A stretch of 64,000 nucleotides of DNA, taken from contig JBGSOV010000020.1 in the NCBI GenBank assembly GCA_041738935.1, positions 57,467 through 121,466 of the forward strand. The letters run 5' to 3'. Both the position numbers and the translations under genes were made by a program. This DNA comes from Candidatus Altimarinota bacterium. GTDB lineage: Bacteria > Patescibacteriota > Gracilibacteria > CAIRYL01 > GCA-016699755. The notes beneath the pieces are model-generated. The model saw only the letters and a list, made by a program, of their open reading frames with translations. It ran no database searches and was not told the origin of the DNA. Positions 38,329 to 47,673 of the stretch are shown here, piece after piece. Each line of letters starts with the position of its first letter. Within the stretch, counting starts at the first letter, position 1.

Positions 38329-39170
38329 TTTTCATCAGGCAAAATGGAATTTGCAATCATGGTGCCAGTACCATGATGAGTAAATATTTCTTTTAAAAGT
38401 GCCCCGTTGAGAAGCCCCGAGACGATGTGCGCTTTTGGCACACCGGCGCGAACAACTGCTGCAGCCGCAAGCGCTTTTGGTATCATGCCACCAGAAATCT
38501 TACCATTTTGAATATAAAATTCGACTTCATCTGGTGTCGCAGAAGAAAGCAACTCAGAAACGCTTCTGTCGACTTCTTGCAGAAACACACCTTTTGCTCC
38601 CGTCAAAAAAACAACCTTCTCTACTTGCAATACTTTTGCGAGGGCGAGCGAAACATCATCGGCATTACAGTTGTATCCGTCTATCAGCGAAAAACAGACA
38701 GGTATTTTTGGCGAATCGAGAAGAGTTTGAATGGCTGCGCTTTCAGCACCAGTAACAGAGCCGGTCAAATGTTCTGTGGGAAAGTCTACTTCTGAAAATT
38801 GTTCTGCGTGAAGTAATGCACTAATATTAACAATTTCTATATTATCACCGTCAAACATCCGAGTGATGTGCGCTAATTGCTTGTCGAGAATTTGCGTAAG
38901 AATTTTGACCATGGGCGGCGTTGTGACCCTTCGACCATTAATTTTTGTGTACGAAATTTTTTCTTGTTCAAGAGTTCGATCAAATTGTGGACCAGAACCA
39001 AGTACAAGAACGAAGCGTATCCCAAGAAGACGCAAAGTCACCAAATCATGAACAAGCTGCTCAAAATCCATGTCTTCGAATACTTTTCCGCCTGTTTTGA
39101 TGAGGAAAGTTTTTCCGCTGTATTCTTGCAGATATGGAAGCGCCTCACGCAGGAGAAGTGGAAATTGCAT
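38325..39170 (-). CDS. argB: Acetylglutamate kinase
   Basis: IKTGG, GSGPQ, GRRVTT, NCNAD, GGMIPK, GTGT. Confidence 0.9.
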   Translation of the reverse strand: MQFPLLLREALPYLQEYSGKTFLIKTGGKVFEDMDFEQLVHDLVTLRLLGIRFVLVLGSGPQFDRTLEQEKISYTKINGRRVTTPPMVKILTQILDKQLAHITRMFDGDNIEIVNISALLHAEQFSEVDFPTEHLTGSVTGAESAAIQTLLDSPKIPVCFSLIDGYNCNADDVSLALAKVLQVEKVVFLTGAKGVFLQEVDRSVSELLSSATPDEVEFYIQNGKISGGMIPKALAAAAVVRAGVPKAHIVSGLLNGALLKEIFTHHGTGTMIANSILPDEK

Positions 39171-39264
39171 GTATCAACAAATAAAAGAGTTTTTACTCGG
39201 GAAAAGTAGGGATACTATAGCACAAATCTGTAATATTAATGCAACGGCTAAAAAGTCGAAACAG

Positions 39265-40245
39265 TTATATTTTGGTGATGATTTCTGTCCGCATCGAATC
39301 AATCTGTGGGAGTCCAAACATGAGATGGAGATTTTGTAATGCCTGACTCGCAGCACCTTTTCGCAGATTATCGAGCACCGCACTAATAACAAGACGACCA
39401 TTTTTGTCTACCTCAAAACCGCCAAGCATGATTTGGTTCGAATGCTGGACTTCGGCGATTTCAGGAATTTTTGGACAAATTTCGACACAAGCATAATCAG
39501 CATACACTTTTTGAAAGAGCGCAAAAAAATCGAGAGACTGGAATTGTGGCTTGATTTTAAGGTGCGCAGTCACTTCCATGCCACGAAAAAATGGCAATAA
39601 ATGTGGAGTGAAAAATATTGGAGCTTCAACAAACTGCTGAATCTCTGCTTCGTGTCGGTGATTGGTAATTTTGTAAGCATACGAATTGTTTTGGAGTTTT
39701 TGTTGCAGCATCAAAGCATTATCGGCACCAGCACCAGAATATCCAGATTTTCCATCAAAAACAGCCCACTCTGCATATTCGGCAACGGGCAGCAAAGCGG
39801 TCAGTGCACCTGTCACATAACACCCAGGATTCGCAACAAGCGCAGCCGTTTTTATCTCGGGAGCAAACCATTCGACCAAACCATACACTGGTTTAATCGG
39901 CGGATTTTGATAAGGAATACCATATGTTGCGGAAAAAACCTGCGGGTCGCGAAAGCGAAAATCAGCAGATAGATCGACAACTTTAATATCGTGCTGTAAA
40001 AATTGTGGCGCCATTTTCATCGCAACACCATGCGGCGTACAGAAGAAAATACAATCTGGTTGGCGCGCAATCATTGCCTCAATATCGAGATCTTCGTATG
40101 GGATTTGTGATTCTCTGTTAATCTTTCCCGCAAAGCTGCGTGACGATAAAAAGACGATTTCCACATACTCATCCAGCTTCAAGAGACCGGCAAGCTCTCT
40201 GCCAGTAAAGCCGGATGCGCCGATAATTCCGATTTTTTTCTTCAT
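39265..40245 (-). CDS. argC: N-acetyl-gamma-glutamyl-phosphate reductase
   Basis: GASGFTG, DLSADFR, ANPGCY, SGYSGAG, HRH, DNLRKGAA. Confidence 0.95.
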   Translation of the reverse strand: MKKKIGIIGASGFTGRELAGLLKLDEYVEIVFLSSRSFAGKINRESQIPYEDLDIEAMIARQPDCIFFCTPHGVAMKMAPQFLQHDIKVVDLSADFRFRDPQVFSATYGIPYQNPPIKPVYGLVEWFAPEIKTAALVANPGCYVTGALTALLPVAEYAEWAVFDGKSGYSGAGADNALMLQQKLQNNSYAYKITNHRHEAEIQQFVEAPIFFTPHLLPFFRGMEVTAHLKIKPQFQSLDFFALFQKVYADYACVEICPKIPEIAEVQHSNQIMLGGFEVDKNGRLVISAVLDNLRKGAASQALQNLHLMFGLPQIDSMRTEIITKI

Positions 40246-40287
40246 GTTGTGAATGAGGTTGAAAATAAGAATATATAAAAAAGCCGA

Positions 40288-41445
40288 TCAAGTGGAATAT
40301 TCTGCATTGATTTCGACATACCTTTTGGTGAGATCACAACCCCAAGCCTTCGCGGAAGAATCACCGAAATGAAAGTCAATTTCCACATTCACTTGTTCTT
40401 GAGTAAACATGCGTGTCTTATCGGGATTTGCAACTGGTTCACCTTGCAAAAAAACCGCCTCACTATCCAAAAAAACATCGACTTTTGCTGGATCAAAAGG
40501 GATTCCAAGTGAACCAATAGCACTCAAGATGCGTCCCCAATTGGGATCGCGTCCGGCAACAGCAGCTTTGAATAAATCGGAAGTAACGACTGCTTTGGCA
40601 AACGCGCGCGCGTTTTGCTGCGAGTCAGCATTGCGCACCGATACTTCGATCAGATGCGAAGCACCTTCACCATCGGCAGCAATCTTTTTTGCCAAGCCTG
40701 CGGCGATTTCTTTTAAAGCGATAAAAAATTCTTGCTGATCAACTCCTTTTTTATTACTGCAAATTGTAAGTGCCATATCACTGGTCGATTGACAATTATC
40801 GACGGAAATTTGATGAAATGTCTCGTCACAAATATGTTTCCACTCAGTATCAAGAAGTGATTTCTCAAGTTTTGCATCAGTCATAACAAAGGCGAGCATT
40901 GTAGCCATATCGGGAGCAATCATTCCAGAACCTTTGGCAATACCGAGCAATTTGACGCCATTTTTGAGGACGCGGAATTCGGTCTTCGGTGCAAGGTCAG
41001 TCGTCAAAATCGCTTTGGCAGCGCGCGGAATATCACCTTGCTTTTGCGCTATAATCCGCGGTAATCCAGCAAAAAACTTGTTGAGTGGCAATTGTGGACC
41101 GATCTTTCCGGTGCTCGCGAGGAGCACTTGGTCGGGGGGAATTTGAAGCTGATGAGCCACAAATTCGGCAATCTGCCGAGCGTTATCAAGTCCGACATTC
41201 CCTGTGCCAGCATTGGCGAATACAGTATTAATGAGAATAGCGCGCACGAAACCGTTAGATTTATCGAGTTGCTGCTTGTTCCACAAGATCGGTGCCCCGC
41301 AAAACACATTGCGCGCAAATACTCCACTTAGCATCGACATATCGTCACACACTATCAAAAGGCAGTCATCGTTGTCGTTTTCTCTGAGCCGCAGCGAGCC
41401 ACAGAACAAATGGAATCCGTCAGGAAGCTGCATCTCTAAAGGCAT
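40288..41445 (-). CDS. argJ: Ornithine acetyltransferase / N-acetylglutamate synthase
   Basis: ANAGTG, ASTG, KGSGMIAPDMATML autocleavage site, DGEGA, DPNWGR, GCDLT..YVEINAEY. Confidence 0.96.
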   Translation of the reverse strand: MPLEMQLPDGFHLFCGSLRLRENDNDDCLLIVCDDMSMLSGVFARNVFCGAPILWNKQQLDKSNGFVRAILINTVFANAGTGNVGLDNARQIAEFVAHQLQIPPDQVLLASTGKIGPQLPLNKFFAGLPRIIAQKQGDIPRAAKAILTTDLAPKTEFRVLKNGVKLLGIAKGSGMIAPDMATMLAFVMTDAKLEKSLLDTEWKHICDETFHQISVDNCQSTSDMALTICSNKKGVDQQEFFIALKEIAAGLAKKIAADGEGASHLIEVSVRNADSQQNARAFAKAVVTSDLFKAAVAGRDPNWGRILSAIGSLGIPFDPAKVDVFLDSEAVFLQGEPVANPDKTRMFTQEQVNVEIDFHFGDSSAKAWGCDLTKRYVEINAEYST

Positions 41446-41611
41446 TCTTGGTAAAAATTATTTTCTGTAGTCTACGAGAAAACACTCGTAAAAACAAAAC
41501 TTTCTTAGAAATATTTCGCTGGTGTATTGCAAAAGACTTGAATTTTTTTGTTAAACGTGCAATAATAAGTACGAAAAACAAATTTTCATTTTCAAATTTT
41601 CTAAAAACCAA

Positions 41612-42016
41612 ATGAAAAACCTGATCAGAAAACTGCCTTTTGAGGCGTATTCGATGCTTTTTATTCTCGGCGTTTTTGCCGTGATGCTCTTTTTGGGACA
41701 CGCTGGCGGCGCTCATGCTGTCGAAACGACTCTCCTTACCCCAAATGATGCACCTGATGAAGTTCCGTCTGATACGGGCTTCCGTGAAGCTATCGTCAAT
41801 TTTCTTAACTTTTTGTTGACCTTTCTGGGATTGATTGCCATTGCGTTTATCATCTATGCAGGTTTCCTCTTTATCGTTGCCGGTGGTGACGAAGAGCAAG
41901 TTGGAAAAGCCAAAAAGATTATTATTTATGCCGGTATTGGTATTATCGTAATCTTGCTTTCGTATGCAATCGTCGAGTTCTTCGTCAGCGTTGGACTTGG
42001 TGCTGGTGGTGCGTAG
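41612..42016 (+). CDS. VirB2/TrbC-like CPR pilin
   Basis: Signal peptide followed by IIYAGFLFIVAGGDEEQVGKAKKIIIYAGIGIIVILLSYAIV. Confidence 0.85.
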   Translation: MKNLIRKLPFEAYSMLFILGVFAVMLFLGHAGGAHAVETTLLTPNDAPDEVPSDTGFREAIVNFLNFLLTFLGLIAIAFIIYAGFLFIVAGGDEEQVGKAKKIIIYAGIGIIVILLSYAIVEFFVSVGLGAGGA

Positions 42017-42041
42017 GCAGAGTAAAAAAGATAGAAAAATC

Positions 42042-42079
42042 ATACCCCGCTCTTTCCAAAGGAAAAGCGGGGTATTTTT
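42042..42079. terminator. Intrinsic terminator
   Basis: ATACCCCGCT.TTTCC-aaa-GGAAAAGCGGGGTAT followed by TTTT. Confidence 0.85.
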
Positions 42080-42093
42080 GTAAGAAGCGACTT

Positions 42094-42843
42094 TTACAAA
42101 TAACTTTCGCTGCTCTGCGGATACTCGCCGCTTTGCACCGCTTGCACAAAATCTGTTATTGCAGCTTGCTCAGAATCATGAGCATTTCCAAAACGCCGTA
42201 AAAAGCGCGGCGAAAATGCGCCTGCTGTCCTGCCGATAATATCCGCATACACCAGCACTTGCCCGCTGACTTGCGTCCCTGCACCAATACCGATTACCGG
42301 AATCGACAAACTTTGAGTGACTGCGGCTGCAAATGCAGCAGGAACGCATTCTAAAACGAGATTACTGATTCCCAAGTTTTGTAAATTGTGTGCTTCGGCA
42401 AGGAGTGCTTTCTGTGCAGATTGAGAAGTTGCCGCCAGAGCAAACAAATCTGTCGTTTGTGGGAGCATACCAAGGTGCCCGGTGATTTTAATTCCTTCCG
42501 CTATAAGCGCCTCGACTTGCGTAAAAATCTCCGCGCCACCTTCGAGCTTGAGGTGAGTAATACCGATCTCGCGAAATCTGCGCGCATTTTGCAAAGCTAG
42601 CTGAGGAGTCGAGTAAGTGTCGATAGGAAGATCAGCCACGACAGCAGGAATATTGTCAGGAATTGCGCGACGAACAGCCGCCGCATGCGCAAGCATCATC
42701 TCAATTGTGACATGATGTGTCGAATCAAAGCCGTAGACCGTCATGCCAAGCGAATCTCCGACAAGCACAGTATCGACGCCAGCTGCCGCACAAATCTGCG
42801 CCGAAAGAAAATCATGCACCGATACCCACACCAATTTTTTCAT
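42094..42843 (-). CDS. panB: 3-methyl-2-oxobutanoate hydroxymethyltransferase
   Basis: LVGDSLGM, VVADLP, KLEGG, GHLGMLPQ, IGIGAG, GQVLV. Confidence 0.95.
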   Translation of the reverse strand: MKKLVWVSVHDFLSAQICAAAGVDTVLVGDSLGMTVYGFDSTHHVTIEMMLAHAAAVRRAIPDNIPAVVADLPIDTYSTPQLALQNARRFREIGITHLKLEGGAEIFTQVEALIAEGIKITGHLGMLPQTTDLFALAATSQSAQKALLAEAHNLQNLGISNLVLECVPAAFAAAVTQSLSIPVIGIGAGTQVSGQVLVYADIIGRTAGAFSPRFLRRFGNAHDSEQAAITDFVQAVQSGEYPQSSESYL

Positions 42844-42961
42844 ACACTTGCTTGCAAAGGTAATTTTGAAACACACGCTTCTTCCCACAGTTTTTTCTAA
42901 AACTCACTTGCAAAGCAAGCAATTTTTGGGCAGACTGCTCTGGCAAAAAACCTCGGAAACG

Positions 42962-43001
42962 AGTGGGAGACCGCGGCACAACCAAAGTCACTTGCACCAC
43001 T
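42962..43001 (+). promoter_or_regulatory. Putative L1-binding autoregulatory leader
   Basis: GUGG-GA-GAC...GUC-ACUUGCA-CCAC, resembling the 23S rRNA L1 site (GUGGGAG...ACCAC), about 20 nt before rplA. Confidence 0.7.
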
Positions 43002-43020
43002 TTTCTTTCTTCAAACTATA

Positions 43021-43716
43021 ATGCCCAAACATGGGAAAAAATACCGCGCTCTCGCGGAACTCATCGAGCCAGAGAAGCTCTATGCTTTTGCTGAAGGCGT
43101 TGCCTTGGCAAAAAAGACGTCGCCCGTCAAGTTTGATGCCAGTGTCGAAATCCACATCGCCACTAATGCTGATCCGCGCCACGCTGACCAGATTTTGCGT
43201 TCGACCATTACTTTGCCAGCAGGAACTGGTAAAAGCCAAAAAATCGCGGTTTTTGCCGAAGGCCCTCAAGCCGAAGCTGCCAAAAAAGCTGGCGCTGATA
43301 TTGTCGGAGGCGAAGATTTGATCGAAAAAGTTGCCGGCGGCGCTCTTGATTTTGAAGTCGCCATCGCGACTCCAGATATGATGAAATCGCTTGCCAAAGT
43401 GGCACGTGTTCTTGGGCCAAAAGGATTGATGCCTTCACCCAAGTCTGGCACCGTCACTGCGGATGTCGCCAAAGCGATTGAAGAGCTCAAAAAAGGAAAA
43501 ATCGAATTCCGCACAGATAAAGCAGGTATTATTCACTCAATTTTGGGAAAGGTCTCTTTTAGTGAGAAAAATCTTCTCGATAATCTCCTCGCCTTTTTGA
43601 AGGCAGTCAATGACAATAAGCCAACTGGCGTCAAAGGCTCTCTCATCAAAAGCATTACCCTGACCACCTCGATGGGTCCAGGTGTTCATCTCGATACCAC
43701 CGAAAGCGCAAAATAA
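43021..43716 (+). CDS. rplA: 50S ribosomal protein L1
   Basis: KFDASVE, LPAGTGK, LGPKGLMPSPKSGTV, EFRTDK, TSMGPG. Confidence 0.98.
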   Translation: MPKHGKKYRALAELIEPEKLYAFAEGVALAKKTSPVKFDASVEIHIATNADPRHADQILRSTITLPAGTGKSQKIAVFAEGPQAEAAKKAGADIVGGEDLIEKVAGGALDFEVAIATPDMMKSLAKVARVLGPKGLMPSPKSGTVTADVAKAIEELKKGKIEFRTDKAGIIHSILGKVSFSEKNLLDNLLAFLKAVNDNKPTGVKGSLIKSITLTTSMGPGVHLDTTESAK

Positions 43717-43730
43717 GCACGATTAATATG

Positions 43731-43771
43731 AAGTGGATGTACGCGAGAAAAGTCTCGGCATCCACTTTTTT
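43731..43771 (+). terminator. Intrinsic terminator after rplA
   Basis: AAGTGGATG..CGAGA-aaag-TCTCG..CATCCACTT followed by a T run. Confidence 0.8.
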
Positions 43772-43907
43772 AATGAGTAAGGATGGAGAACCCAAAAGAA
43801 GACAATTACTCAAATTGTTTTAATAAATTCTTCCCAAAACACGAAACCTGGACATTTATCACAAAAAGAAGGATACTGGGCGCACTTCCGTTCTTTTTGC
43901 TTGGTAT

Positions 43908-45242
43908 ATGAGTATTCAACAAAAAACCCCCGGTCCGTTCCGCGCTTCAGGACCCACGACTTTTCTGGCGTTTGTACTGCTTCCGATTCTAGCATTTTCA
44001 ATCGGCTGGCAAGCCTCTCAGACTCGTTCCGAAGGACAAAAAAAATCACAAACCGAATTTGTCGATGACAGCAATGTCGCCATCACCGAATCATCGGTGC
44101 AGAATATTGATATTTCTTTACTCCGTGATGCTATTGATATTATTCGCGAGAAGTATATCGAACCTGATCAAATCGACCCCGATGCCATTAAATACGGTCT
44201 CGTGCGTGGAGTAGTTTGGTCGCTTGAAGATCCGTATTCACAATTTATGAGTCCAGAAGAAAGTTCTGAATTTGAAGACGAACTCGGTGGAGATTTGCAA
44301 GGAATCGGCGCAGAACTTACTGTAAAAGAAGGGGTGATTGTCGTGATTTCGCCGCTCAAGGATTCGCCTGCCAAAAAAGCTGGCTTGCTCCCCGAAGATA
44401 TTATTTTGGAAGTCGATGGCGAATTGGCAGATGGAGGCGATTTTTTGAATGTCGTCAAGCGCATCCGTGGCGAAAAAGGCAGCACGGTCAACATTACCGT
44501 TTATCGTCCCGAAAGCGGGGAAAAACTTGACCTCGCCATTGTTCGTGATGAAATCCGGATTGAAACAGTTACGCTCACGATGAATGAAGAAATCGCCATC
44601 ATCGAAGTCAGTCAGTTTGGCACCAATACCGAGCAAGAATTTGGTAAAGCGCTTTCAGAAGCACTCGTACAAAATCCCAAAGGTATTATTTTGGATCTCC
44701 GCTACAATTCGGGCGGATTTTTGGACACCGCTGTCGAGATGGTGTCCGCTTTTGTCAAAAGCGGTAAAGTCGTGATTCAGAAAGGACGTCCACCAGAAAC
44801 CGAAAGCAAATTTGCCTCTGGCAATGTCAAAACCGATTTGCCGCTTGTCGTTTTGCAAAATGGCGGTTCTGCCTCAGCAAGTGAAATCGTCAGTGGCGCG
44901 TTACAAGACATGGAACGCGCAATCGTAATTGGCGAAAAAAGCTTTGGTAAAGGAACAGTCCAAGAACTCATTCCCATGCAAAATGGCGCCCATTTGCGAT
45001 TGACCATTGCCAAATGGCTGACTCCTGGCGGACGTGATATTGGCAAGGTTGGTATCGAACCTGATATCACCGTCCCGCGCACGAGCGAAGATATTGCTGC
45101 CGACAAAGATCCGCAGCTCGATGTAGCGCTTCGCTATTTACGCGGCGAGTCGCTCGAAACACTCCATGAAGAATATGATTCTTTCGCGGAAAAACTGAAA
45201 AATGGCGAACTCGAAGAAAAGCCGGAAGAAAAAGAAGAATAG
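43908..45242 (+). CDS. S41 family C-terminal processing protease
   Basis: DPYS, PDZ (GIGAEL, SPAKKAGL), LDLRYNSGG, SASASEI, SFGKG. Confidence 0.95.
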   Translation: MSIQQKTPGPFRASGPTTFLAFVLLPILAFSIGWQASQTRSEGQKKSQTEFVDDSNVAITESSVQNIDISLLRDAIDIIREKYIEPDQIDPDAIKYGLVRGVVWSLEDPYSQFMSPEESSEFEDELGGDLQGIGAELTVKEGVIVVISPLKDSPAKKAGLLPEDIILEVDGELADGGDFLNVVKRIRGEKGSTVNITVYRPESGEKLDLAIVRDEIRIETVTLTMNEEIAIIEVSQFGTNTEQEFGKALSEALVQNPKGIILDLRYNSGGFLDTAVEMVSAFVKSGKVVIQKGRPPETESKFASGNVKTDLPLVVLQNGGSASASEIVSGALQDMERAIVIGEKSFGKGTVQELIPMQNGAHLRLTIAKWLTPGGRDIGKVGIEPDITVPRTSEDIAADKDPQLDVALRYLRGESLETLHEEYDSFAEKLKNGELEEKPEEKEE

Positions 45243-45368
45243 GCAGTGGGCATCTTCAGCACTTTGTCATGATGTAAAAAAAAAGAGGAATGTGACGCTT
45301 TCACACGAGTGTCTCATTTCTCTTTCGGGAATAATATTTTTGCATAAGCAGATTTCCTGCTCCGATTG

Positions 45369-45968
45369 TTACGCTCCCAAGATTGAAAGCACAATGGCAG
45401 CAACAACAGGAATAATCAGATTGTCATCGACATGCCAACCAAATATTACCCAGCGTGGCATTTCTAAAATTAAGGCAACAGAACTGGCGGCAAGCGCCAT
45501 CCAAAAGGGTACAAAAAGACTCGCAACAATCGTCGAGATAATGATTGCCGCGAGCGGTCCCTCAATCGTCTTTTTGGGATGGAGCGGTGTAATAATCTTG
45601 CCAAAATGATATCCAATCAAACAGCTCAGCGAATCGCCAAACGCCAAGATCAAAATACTTGCCACAGCAATATTTACGGGAAAAAAAAGCGCGACTAAAC
45701 TGCTCCCCAAGAAAAAATAGATAGCAGATTTACCGGGTGATTTTTTCCGAAATTGTTCACGCTCGAGCAAATGGAGTAGCCAATGCATAAACTGCCAACG
45801 CATGCGTTCGCCCTTGAAAAGGAGTGAGATTCCCATTAACAAAAAAGTTGCTCCCATCAGTAAAAATCCATCAATCACGCCCACCCACAAAAGCGCAGCG
45901 ATTACCGTACCAGAGACGAGATGAAAGGTCTTCCGCCGAAACTCGAGAACTTCTTCGTGTGCTTGCAT
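45369..45968 (-). CDS. Polyprenol/phytol kinase (CTP-dependent) family membrane protein
   Basis: RRKTFH, GDSLSCLIG, KKTIEG, DDNLIIP. Confidence 0.85.
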   Translation of the reverse strand: MQAHEEVLEFRRKTFHLVSGTVIAALLWVGVIDGFLLMGATFLLMGISLLFKGERMRWQFMHWLLHLLEREQFRKKSPGKSAIYFFLGSSLVALFFPVNIAVASILILAFGDSLSCLIGYHFGKIITPLHPKKTIEGPLAAIIISTIVASLFVPFWMALAASSVALILEMPRWVIFGWHVDDNLIIPVVAAIVLSILGA

Positions 45969-46009
45969 AACGGCGCTATTTTTTCACCTTTGCAGTCCGA
46001 ATGCAAACA

Positions 46010-46789
46010 CTACTTTTGAAAGCGCATTCGCTTATAATGCTTGAGATCCGCAACGATAATAATACTGATAATAACGAGGAGAAACCACGAACTGATCTTG
46101 GCAAAACCGACAATCTGCCATGCTTCCGCCTGATCCGGATACTGCCATGCACCCAAGAATGTTGCGATGTTTTCGGCGATCCAAATAAAGAATCCGATAA
46201 GGAAAAAGGCGAGTACGAGCGGCATTTTGCGGCGCTTGTCGGTAACGGTAAAATGCACGGATGTTCGTGCAAAAACAATCAGTACCAAAATTCCCAATAT
46301 CCAACGAAAGTCAGGAAGAAAATGATGCGTAAAAAAATTGAGATAAATCGCCGCAGAGAGCGGAACACTGAGGAAATACGGCGGATAAGCGCGGAATTCG
46401 AGCCGCATAATCCGCCACGATTGCGAGATATAACTGGCAACCGCCGCATACATAAAACCGCTATAGAGCGGCACATTCATGACTTTGAGAAACCCATCCT
46501 CCGGATAACTCCACGAGCCGATTTCCGGCGACGTCTTGAAGATTTCGAGCGCCAATCCGATGAGATGAAAGAGAAAAATGACTCTGACCTCGTCCTTCGT
46601 CTCGATGCCAGTAACATACAGCACGATCTGAATCGCCACCGCCGCGAGAAAAAGGAAGTCATAACGCGGTAGATCGCCGAGCGGCAGATAATTGGAAACG
46701 AACAAAAGCACAAAGAACGAACCGGCGAAGACGCACGCACGCCCTTGCTTGATGCCGAAGATGACAAATTCGTAAAGGGCGGACTTCAC
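46010..46789 (-). CDS. DUF817-like membrane protein
   Basis: FGIKQGRACVF, PRYD, EIFKT, SWSYP, VPLYSGFMYAAV, IWIAENIAT; GTG 46789 chosen as start. Confidence 0.85.
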   Translation of the reverse strand: MKSALYEFVIFGIKQGRACVFAGSFFVLLFVSNYLPLGDLPRYDFLFLAAVAIQIVLYVTGIETKDEVRVIFLFHLIGLALEIFKTSPEIGSWSYPEDGFLKVMNVPLYSGFMYAAVASYISQSWRIMRLEFRAYPPYFLSVPLSAAIYLNFFTHHFLPDFRWILGILVLIVFARTSVHFTVTDKRRKMPLVLAFFLIGFFIWIAENIATFLGAWQYPDQAEAWQIVGFAKISSWFLLVIISIIIVADLKHYKRMRFQK

Positions 46790-46856
46790 TAAAAAGAAGG
46801 ATATTGCAACAATGGACTTTGACGGAATTTTTGAGAAGGGGCAACTTTCTCCACTT

Positions 46857-47026
46857 GTCATTCTGAACTTGATTCAGGATCTGTGTTTTTCCGAGACGAA
46901 GTCATCCCGAGCACTCGGGATGTCGTTGCGAAGGAGTGATTCCGTTCCGCCATCGGCGAGACGGGAGAGCGACCGAAGCAATCCAGACAAAAATGAATGG
47001 GGAGTCATTCCGGCTTGACCGGAATC
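46857..47026. repeat. Cluster of four GTC-initiated REP-like palindromes
   Basis: GTCATTCTGAACTTGATTCAGGATCT; GTCATCCCGAGCACTCGGGATG; GTCGTTGCGA...CGAAGCAATC; GTCATTCCGGCTTGACCGGAATC. Confidence 0.75.
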
Positions 47027-47048
47027 GGGAGGTCTCCGGCGAAAGTTT

Positions 47049-47636
47049 CTATCTTTTTTGCATGAGAATCTTCTCTAAACAATCTCTTACTTGTATCGCT
47101 TCTTTCCTTGTAATTTCTCCATCAACACTTATGCGACCTGGGTGAATTTTATCTCGTATATTTTTTATAAAAATCATTGGTTCAGACTTATCAACCAATT
47201 GCCCCAAGGTTTTCTTTTCAAGCTTCTTATTTAGAATCCCCTCAAGGGCAGTGCCAAAATTACTGACCGCATTATTGTAAAGCCCGTTATCCAGTGAAAA
47301 TTGTCCCCTGATATAGTGTTTCGAAATAATTGTGTTTGTCTTGTCATTGTCAGCGTAAGTTGAATCGACAACAAAATCCAACGCCCTATCTTCATCTGGT
47401 TTCATATAAAAATAATCGATTTCACAAACGATTGAATAGCTCTTTTCCAATGAAAAATCACCTTCCCATTTGATCAAAAAACCATCAATTTCAAAGTCTA
47501 CACCTTCTTCACAAGCCATTCCATTAACAATCAACACAATACTATGAATATAATAGCAGCGCACAAATGGTGTGAATATTTCTTGTTTTATTTCACTAAT
47601 GCAATCGGATTGAATTTTGAATACAGCTTTATACAT
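47049..47636 (-). CDS. Hypothetical protein (AT-rich)
   Basis: 195-aa ORF; C-terminal IRDKIHP is HEPN-like (RxxxH). Confidence 0.65.
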   Translation of the reverse strand: MYKAVFKIQSDCISEIKQEIFTPFVRCYYIHSIVLIVNGMACEEGVDFEIDGFLIKWEGDFSLEKSYSIVCEIDYFYMKPDEDRALDFVVDSTYADNDKTNTIISKHYIRGQFSLDNGLYNNAVSNFGTALEGILNKKLEKKTLGQLVDKSEPMIFIKNIRDKIHPGRISVDGEITRKEAIQVRDCLEKILMQKR

Positions 47637-47673
47637 GTATTTAGAAAAAGTAATTGTCGATCAATTCAATATT

